NCBI RefSeq assembly: GCF_006345805.1
Contig: NC_043019.1
Coordinates: forward strand, 24,427,360 to 24,491,359
Reading direction: 5' to 3'
Origin: Octopus sinensis
Taxonomy: Eukaryota
DNA length: 64,000 nt
The notes under the pieces were generated by a model. That model was not told the origin of the DNA. It did no database searches and saw nothing but the letters and a program-made list of their open reading frames with translations. This document shows positions 42,074 to 54,087 of this stretch, piece after piece (the first letter of the stretch is position 1; every line of letters starts with the position of its first letter). The translations under genes and the position numbers were made by a program.

Positions 42074-42253
42074 GCCGGGCCCGTGAGTTTGTACTTTTAT
42101 TTGGATTGTCTGTATGTAATAGTATACACACGCACATGCGCGCGCCCGTGCATGTAAGTAAATGTATATATATGTATGTACTTGTGCATAAGTGTCATTG
42201 TAAATGATTCTGTATATATGTGTATCTTTATGTGTGTCCTAGTATGTATTTAG

Positions 42254-42291
<38 letters not shown>

Positions 42292-43201
42292 TGATTCTCT
42301 GTCTTTATATTTAAACCAGCAGTGGTGTATGTGAATAGCATAGCCAGTAGTATTGCTGATGGTTTGGGATAAGCATTATTCTACATTTATTGAATTTTAA
42401 GTTAATTTGTTAATTATATATCCTAATTACGTCGTTATGGAATTTAATATGCTTATTCCTCTTGAAACAGCTGTTGTAATTTACTAAGTCATAACGTATC
42501 TTCAAATATATACCTTTCTTCCTTTACCTATATGTGTGTGTTGGTGAGGAAGTTTGTCTGTGTATGCGCGTGTGTATTTTTTTGTGTGTCTGTATGTTTG
42601 CATATGCCTGTATATGCATATTTGTATTTTTATTGATCAAAAGGTTCTCTCAACTTTTGTTTTACTGGCTGATAACTATCTTAATGTGAATTCTGTAATT
42701 TTCTGTTATTTTTCCTTGTTAATTTTCTTTCATGGGTTGCTAATTTTAGCAATATGTATTTCATCCTGTAATCTTTTAGTATCATCTCAGCGAAGTGAGA
42801 AACAAAAGCATACATTTTTAGAGTGTGTGTGTGTGTGTGTGTCTCAATGTTCGTGTATGTGTCCCCTGGAAGCGTCTCTTTCTTGACTGGGCCTAACGTT
42901 ATTTTGCAAAGCGGTTGTTCGTTGTTCAAACTCCTGTATATCATCATTTAGATACTATCATCTGACATTTACTGGCGTTTAATTTTATTGATCGCTGATA
43001 TCATTAAAAATAAAGCTACACTAGTTATGGATTTTCGGTTTTAATAACAGAAGGTTATTTGTGTTCATAATAAAATATTTCTGCATCGCATATCTAAACA
43101 CATTATAATGAATCGAAAGTGTCAGCAGAGATTTATTGTAGCATCTTAATTTTGAAGATTTTTAATCCATACATGATGCTATAAATTTTTATTCGAAACA
43201 C

Positions 43202-43638
43202 GGATCTTTTCGGTTTGAACGGCAGTTTTTCCTAGCGGTGTCATATGAAATTGTTATCCATAATTATGACCCTAGAATCGATCTATTGCATTTCAATCTC
43301 TTTTAGAGTTAGGGTTAGTTAGGGTTAAGGTTAGGGGAAGGGTGGGGGAAGGGTATATTTTTTTCTTCACAAATGTAAATAAACCCAATCTGTTTCTGAA
43401 ATGAGGGACATATTCATACGGCACAGAATGCTTTTTAACTCAATAGACGTCATTGATTGGTTGAAATTGCAGAAATTGAAGAAAAAAAACAACAAATATC
43501 TTACAAACTATAGAATTTTCTCAATAAAACCAAGAGAAAAAGATGTTTTATAAGCACATTCTACCAGTATACGAAGTTTAAAATTTTTTAGTTACCTAGA
43601 AATTGTGCTAAAAACTGCCGTTCAAACCGAAAAGATCC
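43202..43638. mobile_element. MITE with perfect 29-bp TIRs, 8-bp TSD and internal TTAGGG-like repeats (Merlin/MULE-type)
   Basis: TIR ggatcttttcggtttgaacggcagttttt (43202-43230 / 43610-43638); TSD cgaaacac/cgaaatac. Confidence 0.9.
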
Positions 43639-44366
43639 CGAAATACTTCTAAATTCATTTGTATCACAAATACGCGTTTACACTAAATGATAAAAAAAAA
43701 GTGATATCAAATGTGCTTTCGCAGAATAGATCAGAACATCCATAAAAAACATGCTTATCAATTTGTAAGTAGTAGCATTTACTTTGTAACTGATATACTA
43801 TCTAAGCGAAATTAACAAGCCTAGTTTCAAATGATATTAATGGTGTTTTATTTTTTCTCGGCGGTTTGAGCACATCGGTCTCAGAGCAGAGATTAAAGAG
43901 AAATGAACTCCTGCCATATGTTAAAAGATTGCGAAGTTTTCCTTTTAGATCTTCGGTCCGACAAGTTTTCTAAGTTAGCTATTAGATAATTTTCAGGGAT
44001 TTCTAAAATGTGTTGCACATGTGTGTGTAAATGATATTATATTACGTATCATGTTGATATTTTACGGACAAAATGAATTGTGGCTATTTGGCCGAAATAA
44101 AGACGCTTTGAATGCTTTTATAAACTATAAAAAAATGTAAATAGCTGTTATAAAACTCTAAAGCAGTCTGCTGAGTGGTTCTTTTAAATCCAAGTTTAAT
44201 CACACCACCTTCCTATGATATTTTAATTTAAATATCATAATTATTTATCGTGAATCTCTTTTGGAGGCGTAAGTAATCAAATTTACAAATATTGTATAGA
44301 TGCAGTTTGAACATAATGAATTAACAGTTGAAAAATTAATTTTTATGTATAATTTATACAATTTAT

Positions 44367-44701
44367 GTGAAGGCGCATGGCTCAGTGGTTAGAGCGTCGA
44401 GCTTACGATCGTGAGGTTGTGAGCTCGAATCCCGGACCGGGCTGCGTCTTGTGTTCTCGAGCAAGGCACTTTATTTCACGTTGCTCCAGTTCACTCAGCT
44501 GTAGAAATGAGTTGCGACGTCACAGGTGCCAAGCTGTATCGACCTTTGTCTTTCCCTTGGATAACACTGGTGGCGTGGAGAGGGGAGGCTGGTATGCATG
44601 GGCGACTGCTATCCTTCCATAAACAACCTTGCCCGGACTTGTGTCTAGGAGGGTAACTTTCTAGGTGCAATCCCATGGTCATTCATGACCGAAGGGGGTC
44701 T
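44367..44701 (+). mobile_element. tRNA-derived SINE family C
   Basis: tRNA-like head tggctcagtggttagagcg...gagctcgaatccc, CORE-like gagcaaggcactttatttcac. 14-bp TSD tttatacaatttat at 44353-44366 and 44702-44715. Confidence 0.9.
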
Positions 44702-45002
44702 TTTATACAATTTATACTCAATCGTGCAATGTCGTTTAGCATATATGTTTTTATATATCTTTATGTGTTTTTATTCATATCTAGCATACCTTTTTAATAG
44801 ATAGCAATTACCGCTTCTCATGTTTTAAGTGACGTCAAATGAAATCGAAAACAGCAACAAAAAGAACCTAGGTTAACAAATGCTTGCAAATAAACGAGGA
44901 AACAAAACAAATAAGATTAAGTGGAGAAACACTATTTTGTTCACATACTTCGTTGACTGCTGAAGAGTATTTCAAGAATTTTCAAGCTTTCGTGTGGTAT
45001 GC

Positions 45003-45075
<73 letters not shown>

Positions 45076-45106
45076 GAATGTATATGTATACATACGTACA
45101 TACACA

Positions 45107-45137
<31 letters not shown>

Positions 45138-46536
45138 AGGGCATGACAAAGAGTCAGGACAGAGAGACATGGACATAGGAGAGAATAATATACGTAGAAT
45201 AATAGAACGTAATCTCCCCCCCCCTCACTTGACCCTCTTACAGCCACAGAGATGTATGCACACCCTCGCTCAACTATGAAAAGTGAATTGTGCATGTAGT
45301 ATTTGAGACAAATATAAATTATTCCACCAAAGGAAAAACTTTCCTCGACGTAGTTGTTTGTGTCGCAAATTAAGGAGTAACTTTTACGTCCCACTTTATG
45401 CGCATGCTATAATCTTGCAGAGTTGCATAAATCTGTACATTGTATCTTTTACAGAGCTACGTGCAAGAGACTGCGTAAATTTTCTATTAGCAATGATTTG
45501 TCCTTTACACCGGGACATCATAGAACGGCAGTATTTCCATACACACCACATGTGCTTCATAGCTTGTCTCAAAATTCTGAATTGGCTTGCTTTTGCCTCA
45601 AAACAAAACATATATTGTCTGGGACATACTTCTGTATTACAATTATTGCATCTCTGACGAGGGATCCTAAATCTCTGTGAGGGATCCTAAATCTTCTAAA
45701 TAGCAAATTCGTTGCAGAACAGCTGCAGTCCCTGCGATGGACTGGGTATCAGGTTTTAGAAAGAAAGTGTTTTGTGTGGGTGCCTAAATATATAATTATA
45801 AACATATTTCTCCACTTCCTGAAAATATATCCTTTGACATAGAAGAATGTTTATAATACGTTTGAAAATGTCGTAACTGCACAACCAGGAGAAATATATA
45901 AGCTATTGGCATACGATGTGATTTCTACCTAATTTCAGATGTCCCGCGCAAGATAATATCCTCATTTCCTTAATTAACTAGGTCAAACTATTCGATCCGT
46001 TAGAAATATTGGCCACATTTCACTCAGTTCATATTGTAACAGTGTAAGAATGAAACACGTACTATTATTCTGTCTCCGCGGACGCCTGCAAAATAGTAAC
46101 TTATATTTCGGGTCAATTCGAACGAGCGATCCTGGCCCTGTACACAATATAGGACATACTCTTCACATTTGTTGTGCTTATGTGAAATACAATGTAGATA
46201 CAGTTACAAACCTTAAGATACTGAAATGTCATATTCTAGTATTCCCATGTTAGAATTCTTTGTTACATATGCAGTGATGCTGCACCAATTTTTCTTTCGT
46301 GGTTGATGGTATTCCAGTAGCAAAATGAAGAATCTCTTAGAATGCCGATCCGTAAACCAGTGCAGGAAGATTCTATAGTAATGTCATAAAGCAATGGACA
46401 AGGTCGACGTGTATTTTCAATTATCATTGTACACGTAATGTATATTGCTCGAGAATAAGATGAATTCCAGAACATATCTCTCTCTTATTCTCTCACTCTC
46501 TTTTCTCTCGCTCACCATCTCTTTTTCTCTCTCTTT

Positions 46537-46574
<38 letters not shown>

Positions 46575-47816
46575 ATTCTCTTAATTTTTGTTCTTACAAG
46601 GTTGACCAAACCTTTTTATTTTGGTAATTAAAGTTTGTTTGCTGTGCTCAAACTAGGTTGATAATATATAAACATAGCAGTTTACTAGGCTGTATACAGG
46701 TTAACCTGGATGGTCAGAAATGGCTGATCGTGTCATCCGAAACGTTAAAAATGAATCCCTCTCTTGCTAACAAATATCTGAATCATTTTCTATATCTTGA
46801 TCACGAATGTCAGAAAGAATTGTTCTTTGATCTTATTAGATATAGATGTTAGTATTCACCCCCATTATTCTTTTGTAGGCTTTAATCTTGAGTTATTGTA
46901 CAGTGCTTTGGTTTTGACTGCCTACTTATAGATATGTCAGCTCATAGTAAACTGTTTGGTTTTGCTTGTGATACATCGCTCTGGCAGAAGGCAAAACTTT
47001 GATCATTCCTCCATTTAACCAGGATCAGCCACAAACTAAGCCTTAACATTCTCAAACACAAAACATTCTTTTACAATACCAAAGATATCGAATAATTTAT
47101 TATGTGGTATAATCAAGTCTAAATTCTTGTATTTTATCAACGTTCTGTATTATATACAAACATAACTTATATATATTTAATTTTGATAAAGCTCCACACA
47201 AATATGCGTACACAGGAACGCTTATGCACCTTCAAATGTCCATCCCGAGATTTAGAGAGTATAAATAAGTGGATTTATATGATACCCCAAGAGATAGCCT
47301 ATAGAAGTTATTTCTTACTCTTTATAAAGCAAGATTTGTGTTAATCTATCATTTCTAAATTCTATTGTTAGTTAAGCTACAAGAAAATTACTGCACCATG
47401 ATATTTATTTTTGCAAAACATTTTATTATATAAGAAACCATTTTGAAAGCCATAACACATTTTTAAAGGCCACTTCAACAAATGGAATATAAATCATCCG
47501 TGTAGCTCTGTGTAGCCATGTGTAGCTCTGTCTACTTCCTCACTACATAACTGTTTGTATTCATTTGGGGAAACTTTAAAGATGATGAACAGACAAGATA
47601 AGTGAATTATAGAAACGATAATTTTTGTTTTCTTACAATAGTTTGTTGTGCAGTGGTAAGGGATGTTAAATTGTAACCTGGTTGTGATCGTGATGAGTTG
47701 TCTAAACCCCTATCTTCTCGCATCTTTAATTCTAGAATCATATCTACTTGTTTGAAGAGTGGTTAGATCCAGCTATGTGTAGTCACATAATCTGCTGAAA
47801 GTATTAAGTAAACCTA

Positions 47817-48030
47817 AGGTGGCGAGCAAGCAGAATCGTTAGCAGGCCGAGCAAAATGAATAGTGGCTTTTGTCGACCTTTAGGTTCTGAGTTTGAATTC
47901 CGCCGAACTCTACTTTGCCTTTCACTCTTTCGCGGTCGATAGAATAAGTACCAGTTGAACCCTGGGGTCGATGTAATTGACTTACCCCTCCCCAGAATTG
48001 TTGTCCTTGTGCCAAAATTCGAAACAAATA
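47817..48030 (+). mobile_element. SINE family A, older subfamily (alternative tail)
   Basis: Head and core match family A; tail acccctcccc...ccttgtgccaaaattcgaaac. Confidence 0.8.
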
Positions 48031-48601
48031 TGAGGGAAACCTGTCTCTAACCATATATCTTATTGTCTGAAAATTACGGATCTATTAAGTAAGGTAGCTC
48101 TAGTTGATCTAAAACAGGATAGTTACAAGTGAAACGTCATTGATCGTAGGTCTACTCTATATGTCTAGCATATGACCTAAACAATTGTTTTACTCACCGG
48201 ACTCACTTTTATCAGCTGTCCTCTCATACAATACCACATATGTCATTTAGACTTTTATAAATATTTGTCAAACAGTTTTGTAAACGTAACGCAAAATAAA
48301 CTTCAATTTACAAACTACTTCTAATCTCGAATTCAATTTCGTAGAAGATATGAAAAGTAAAAATAAAGCGTTTATAATTGTCCATATTATATTGAGGTTT
48401 TCAATAAAATTTATTCTTTGGATGGTAGCTTTCGTTGTAACCAGCTCATAAACATATTGGGAGTACTATTAATATCACATAAGTTAAGGACAACAAATAC
48501 ATGTATAATATAAACTTTTGTAAAGATTATTAAAAGTATTAATATTAATGATAATCCTCTCTTTCTCTCAGTTTGTATACATACATACACACATACATAT
48601 A

Positions 48602-49622
48602 CAGAGTTCGATGGGTAAATTGTCGCAATTTTACGCGCATGCGCATTGTTTTTGATTTTGTCGACTACAAAGTATAGTAGGTCCGGGTGGGCAACGTCTG
48701 TAAGAAAAAAAACACCATGACGCAGTTCACTCTGTCAGAAATTTGGATAGGACATGCTGTACTGCTTGGCATTCGTGCCGGAAGCTCCAATACGAGCATT
48801 TTAGAGTGTTTGGGATGTCAATCTGAGGACAGTGCAGAGTATTTGGAAAGAGTTGAATGAGTCTAATGGTGATTACGAAGGCAGGGCAGCTCCAAAATCT
48901 CACTCCGATCGTTCTGATAAGAAACGAACTCCTGAATTTGTTGGTGAGATCCAGGCCATGATTGACAACGATTCCTCCAAGTCAATCAGGCCCATCACCA
49001 GGGACATGGGAGTGTCTGAGTTTCTTATCAGGCAGATGAAAGACAGCACTACGGAGCTTTTGAATAAACTCAAGCATCTGCTCCAACCGAACATACTTTG
49101 CTTTGTCTGGGACGAGAAAAATTTCTCCGAGGATCAGATGGTGAACACACGGAACAACTGTTGGTTTACCGTATCCCCCAAAACATGTACCGAGAGTAAT
49201 AAAAATCAAACATCCAGTCAGCATCATGGTCTTTTGAGTGATCAATAGTGATGGCAACGTTATGCCTTCATTTATCTACCCACACCTAACTCCCCAGACT
49301 GCAACCCCACTTGATTATTATGTGTGGGACACAGTTGAGCGAGAGACCAAGAAAACTCCTTGTAACACCAAAAATGAACTGAAGGCAAGGATTATGTCAG
49401 TATTCACCAACTTAAACAAGGAGATCGTCCAGAAGATTTGCAGGAGATTCTGAAGTCGTCTGGAGACCGTAATTGAAGTCAATGGCAGTTTTATTGAATA
49501 AATTTGCTCTTTAATATTTCAAGATAATTCAAAGAAATTTTGGTAAATATATCTGTTAAAAATGAGAGGTCAGTGTTATGTTCAGTTTTATCGTTATTTA
49601 GACGACAGTTTATCACCGCACC

Positions 49623-49625
<3 letters not shown>
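48602..49625 (+). mobile_element. Tc1/mariner (maT-like) element with internal deletion
   Basis: TIRs cagagttcgatgggtaaattgtcg / cgacagtttatcaccgcaccctg with TA flanks; WDEKNFSEDQMVNTRNNCW, PLDYYVW. Confidence 0.85.
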
Positions 49626-49694
<69 letters not shown>

Positions 49695-50149
49695 GGGTGT
49701 GTGTGTGTGCAGAGAGAGAGGGGTGAGGGAGAGAGCGGAGGATGGTAAAATAGGTGCCATAAATCAAAAGAGCAATGTTCAATATTTGGAAATAAAGTAA
49801 ATTATTTTAATAATTAGTGTGGAATCAATCAAAATATACACTGGCAGAAAAAATGGATTGGATCAAATCTATAATACCACTGACGTCAACAGGATCTCAA
49901 CAAGAGTACGTATGAAAGAATTGGGCTAATTTCTGATTTACTTCCAAATCCATTTCCTCCATACATAGAGCTGTTGAGAACGAGCAGTTATAAATCTGAC
50001 AACATTATGCTCAGTGCTAGATTTGACCCAATACTGTATGAATTTTGGCAGGAGTTTAATTGAAATTCAAATGTACTTCAAGTGATTCCATACTGTAATT
50101 ATAAAGTTTATACATAGTCGTGTGTGTGTGTGGTGTGTGTGTGTGTGTG

Positions 50150-50184
<35 letters not shown>

Positions 50185-50210
50185 TGTGTGTGTGTATGAA
50201 ATATTGATAA

Positions 50211-50248
<38 letters not shown>

Positions 50249-50281
50249 CCTCGAATTGTGTGAATGTGAATAGAATAAAAA

Positions 50282-50442
50282 ATCAGTTTAATAAAGTTAA
50301 AACAGTTTGGTTTTCACAACTCAACTGTCAGTTAAACACATTTGAAATATGATGAGTACACTATGTATGAAAGCGCTAATTTTGTTAAAATACCATAATA
50401 AAAAACGTGAAAACCAGACTGTTTTAACTTTATTCAATTGAT
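50282..50442. mobile_element. Fold-back element with 36-bp inverted repeats and a hammerhead-like loop, within (TA)n
   Basis: Arms 50282-50317 and 50407-50442 (3 mismatches); loop ATGATGA-GTACA-cta-TGTAT-GAAA-GCGC-TA. Confidence 0.7.
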
Positions 50443-50603
50443 ATATATATACATATATATACATAAATGTTTTCGAGTATAATTTATGAACTCACATTGT
50501 AATGTATTAGAAACAACCAATGTTATATATATATATTTAAAAGTTTAATTAGAGGTATAGCAATAGCTTTGAAGATTCTATAGAAGTTAAATAAAGCGCT
50601 TAC

Positions 50604-50824
50604 CACGGCGTAATATTTTGCCAAAAGATCGCCTAGCCGTGGTACAGTTCCAGTGCCGTGCGGCGAATTGATATTGACATTCAGACAGTGCTAACTTTGC
50701 ACCTTTAGCAATCTCACGAACAATTTCTTGTTCTTTTCTGCAAATTCTTCGTTGTTTACCTTCAAGTCGCCGGCTTTTTCGGCATATTGCATTTGGATCC
50801 ATATCAAGAGGACTACCAACTGCC
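50604..50824 (-). CDS. Wnt6: Wnt6 coding exon, probably exon 2 (WAVGSPLDMDPNAICRK...FGKILRR)
   Basis: AVGSPL.MDPN.ICRK is characteristic of the Wnt6 subfamily; ECQYQF..HWNC also present. Acceptor tgcAG at 50825-50826, donor GTAAG at 50603-50599. 221 nt; its last G plus AT of the next exon gives Asp. Confidence 0.93.
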
Positions 50825-50922
50825 CTGCATTGTAAAATAAAAGACGATGTATGAATATATTTAATGATTTCTAGTAAATACAATAGATTTGCCAATACGT
50901 ATTATAACTATATATATATATA

Positions 50923-51072
50923 GTTGAAATTTATAGAAAAACAAAAGACGAAGACAGGTGTATGAAGAAGAAGCAGGTGTATTAGTTTGATGCTCGGAAA
51001 AATGAAAATATTTTACGTTTCGAGCCTACGCTCTTCAACAGAAAGGAATAAGAGAAAATAAACAGAGAGAGA
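50923..51072 (-). mobile_element. PLE-like fragment with a variant hammerhead core (51017-51041)
   Basis: Minus strand reads CTGTTGA-A-GAGC-gtag-GCTC-GAAAC-GTA. The fragment begins at a TA run and resembles the fragment at 4801-4895. Confidence 0.5.
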
Positions 51073-51316
51073 ATGAACAATTTTTAAAAAATATATACGT
51101 AAATGTAGAACGTTGAAATGAGTGCTCAACACTGCATAGGTGGATATATAATTTCTTTATTTGTAAATTAAATTATTTGTGAATTAAATTATATATCCAC
51201 AAATTATATATAGCACTCATTTCATGGTTCTACATTTTACGTGTCAAAGCTTCCGACGTATACAAACACCGGTTAAGCACTGAAAACGAACAAAGGATCA
51301 AAACAACCATATATAT

Positions 51317-51364
<48 letters not shown>

Positions 51365-51471
51365 TATGTTTCACATACACTAATACACTCACACACATAC
51401 ATATATATGTATATACTTTAACACAGGCATACACACACAAATACACACACGCAGACACAATCACGCACGCA

Positions 51472-51513
<42 letters not shown>

Positions 51514-51687
51514 TAAGCATAGCATTAACAAAACATTACGCATTTTAGAAAAAGTTATAACTGTGGATTTGTATAGCAAAAGGCATTTGAGTGGTGGAAT
51601 ATGACAATATTTCATTAAAATATCAGAATCAAATTTTAGAAAAATAGAAATATAACATGAAATAGATCAAAATACTGAATATCAACA

Positions 51688-51870
51688 TTGTTTTCAAATT
51701 TTGTTACAAGACGAGCAACATCGAGGAAAGGGCTAAGTTGATTACATTGACCCCAGTACTAATTTTATCGACCCCAAAAGGAGAAAAGGTAAACTCGACT
51801 TCGGCAGAATTAGAACTCAGAGCGTAAAATCGGACGAGATGTGGCTAAGCATTTAGCCCAGCATGTTAAT
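51688..51870 (-). mobile_element. SINE family A, older subfamily
   Basis: gattacattgaccccagtac...ttttatcgaccccaaaagg...gaactcagagcg. Confidence 0.75.
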
Positions 51871-52144
51871 ACGGTTGTGTACTGTGTTTATGTAGTGTAA
51901 ATGTCTATGGATTTGTTTTACTGTCTGACAAGAAAGAGTTTCTCGCTATTAATGCGTGCGAATATGTATATTCATGGATGTTGTGTTGGTGTAATGAAAG
52001 TGCTTTGTTCATTAAGTATGATTGTATGTATATGTGTGCGTCTTTGAATGATATTCAGTTGAAATGACAAGGAAAAATGATAGTGCTTGGTGTGTATGTG
52101 TGTGTGTGGAAGTAGTTTGTTCTTTTAACGTTAATATGCCTTGT

Positions 52145-52478
52145 GTTAAGTTAAGTTAATTTTTTGGCTCAAAAAGCAAAAGCAAGGCCATGTAGGGGGA
52201 CATGGAGTTATGTACAGGGTGGTGTTCATGCAAAGTGTTCAGGCCATTTGTGGTCAAGGGAGACGTCGAACCGAGCGGTCGTCGGCATCTTCACTATCTC
52301 GTCCGGCAGCTTATTCCACGGATCCGCAACCCGGACGGAGAAAGCCCCTCTCCTTCGATTGAGATGAAATCGTCGCAGATAGAGCTTTTCGGAGTGACCC
52401 CGCAGCCGACGCTCTGGAGCAGGAGTGAAGAACAGCTCTTTCGAGAGGTTACACTTTCCGCTTATGATGTTGTGTAGC
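52145..52478 (-). mobile_element. CR1-type LINE 3' end
   Basis: RLRGHSEKL...RRGAFSVRVADPWNKLP...LD (CR1 ORF2 C-terminus), short 3' UTR and (TTAAC)n tail. Confidence 0.85.
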
Positions 52479-52960
52479 ATGGGGTGTGTGAATACGAATT
52501 GGTTTTATATTGTGTTAAAAGGTCTATAGGTATGTGCACTCATGAGTATTACTATGAAATTGGCTGTTCAAAGATATGGAAGTACGATAGGAAGAAGAGT
52601 AGGACGATAAAGTTTATTACCGTTTCAGTTTACAAGGTAGCAGTCAGTGAACTTGCGTATATGTGCACTGCTATATGGATATGTTGTGTTCCCGATAGCG
52701 TACCAGTTTGTCAGCTGGCAGCGTATTTCTGTTTGGGTTATTATGAGTATATTCCTGTGTTTGTATATTTTAATATACGAGAGTGATTTATCGTAATGAT
52801 AATACCATATAAACCGCGAGCGCAGTTTATATGGTACTATCGTGCATGTAAGAGTAAGAGCTATAGGTTTGCATGTGCGATGTGGTCTATTACTTTCTGT
52901 GTGTGCGTGCGCGCGCGTCCAAATAGTTACTGCTTGAGTTTTGGGATTTGGTTGGCAATA

Positions 52961-53110
52961 TTCTTTACATAAATGCGTGTGTTGAGGCATATTCTGTTGT
53001 GTCTGAGAAGATTCATTCGCTTTTAGTTCCTTATTATTTAACACACTCACCGGTAAAGTTTCCACTCATTTGCTTTTTGCAACCTTTTCAATAGTCATTG
53101 ACTGTCTATT
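52961..53110 (-). mobile_element. Partial inverted copy of the fold-back family at 1686-1928
   Basis: gtgtgttgaggcatattctgttgtgtctgag...aacacactcaccggtaaa...gcaaccttttcaatag. Confidence 0.75.
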
Positions 53111-53574
53111 ATCCGAGTTGCGTTCTTTTTGTTTGTTTGTGCGCATGTGTGAGGGTCAGTCAGTTTGCGCATACACAGGTATGTATGTATGTATGTATGT
53201 ATGTATGTATGTATGTATGTATGTATGTATGTATGTATATACGTATGCATGTAAGTGTGTGTATGTATGCGTACGTATAATCTATGTATGTGTGTACGTT
53301 TGAATGTATGTATTCTGCTTGTGTGTTTTTAAGTGTGTATGCCTGTTTGTACCCCTGTTTCCTTGTTGTGTATGTTTGTAAATACGTTGGTGTGTAATTG
53401 TGTTCCTACGTTTGGCTTCCGTATTAACTTATGTATGAACGCTGTTCTATCGATGTACGAGATTGTATGTGGGTGTATATGCATCTCTTGTTATAGTGTA
53501 TGTGCGTGTACGTTTGAACGGAAGTGATGTTTGTACTTATGCTTCAAATTATGTATATAGTAACTGAGTGTATT

Positions 53575-53623
<49 letters not shown>

Positions 53624-53680
53624 AATGCTCTAATATCTATACAGCCTTGTTTTTTTTTAATCTCATTACGCAAAATATTC

Positions 53681-53711
<31 letters not shown>

Positions 53712-53786
53712 ATATACTTCATATATGGTAAAATTATAAACAGGGCAAATTTTAGTCATTTCTCCGCAAACTGAAAAAAAGTGACG

Positions 53787-53838
53787 AACAATCTTAATCG
53801 ATTTTCGAACCTTATTGGGTTCTCATCTGAGTCATCCT
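53787..53838 (-). ncRNA. Minimal hammerhead-ribozyme-like motif on the Wnt6 transcribed strand
   Basis: CAGATGA-GAACC-caataa-GGTTC-GAAAA-TCGA-TTA (53829 down to 53795): one core change (U4A), perfect stem II, palindromic helix III loop, UUA triplet. Confidence 0.55.
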
Positions 53839-54045
53839 CATCATTCTTACAGTCTCCAGAGGAAAAGGAAGCCAAACTGTTTATATACTCAACAAATGCA
53901 GCAGTTACTCTGTGCAGGAGTCCCTAATGTGCATACCGAAAGTGCTTAACACTCAATAAATACCAGTGGCCTGTCAACGGGGATCTTAGTCCACACAGCA
54001 TCAAGGTATGATATAATAAATATGTAATATATGGTGTAATTATAT

Positions 54046-54087
<42 letters not shown>

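Noticed and set aside
44373-44445. tRNA-like sequence
   Set aside because: It is the head of a SINE with body, tail and TSD; no proper acceptor stem
45659-45695. Tandem duplication gagggatcctaaatct
   Set aside because: Isolated short local duplication; not a CRISPR or other array
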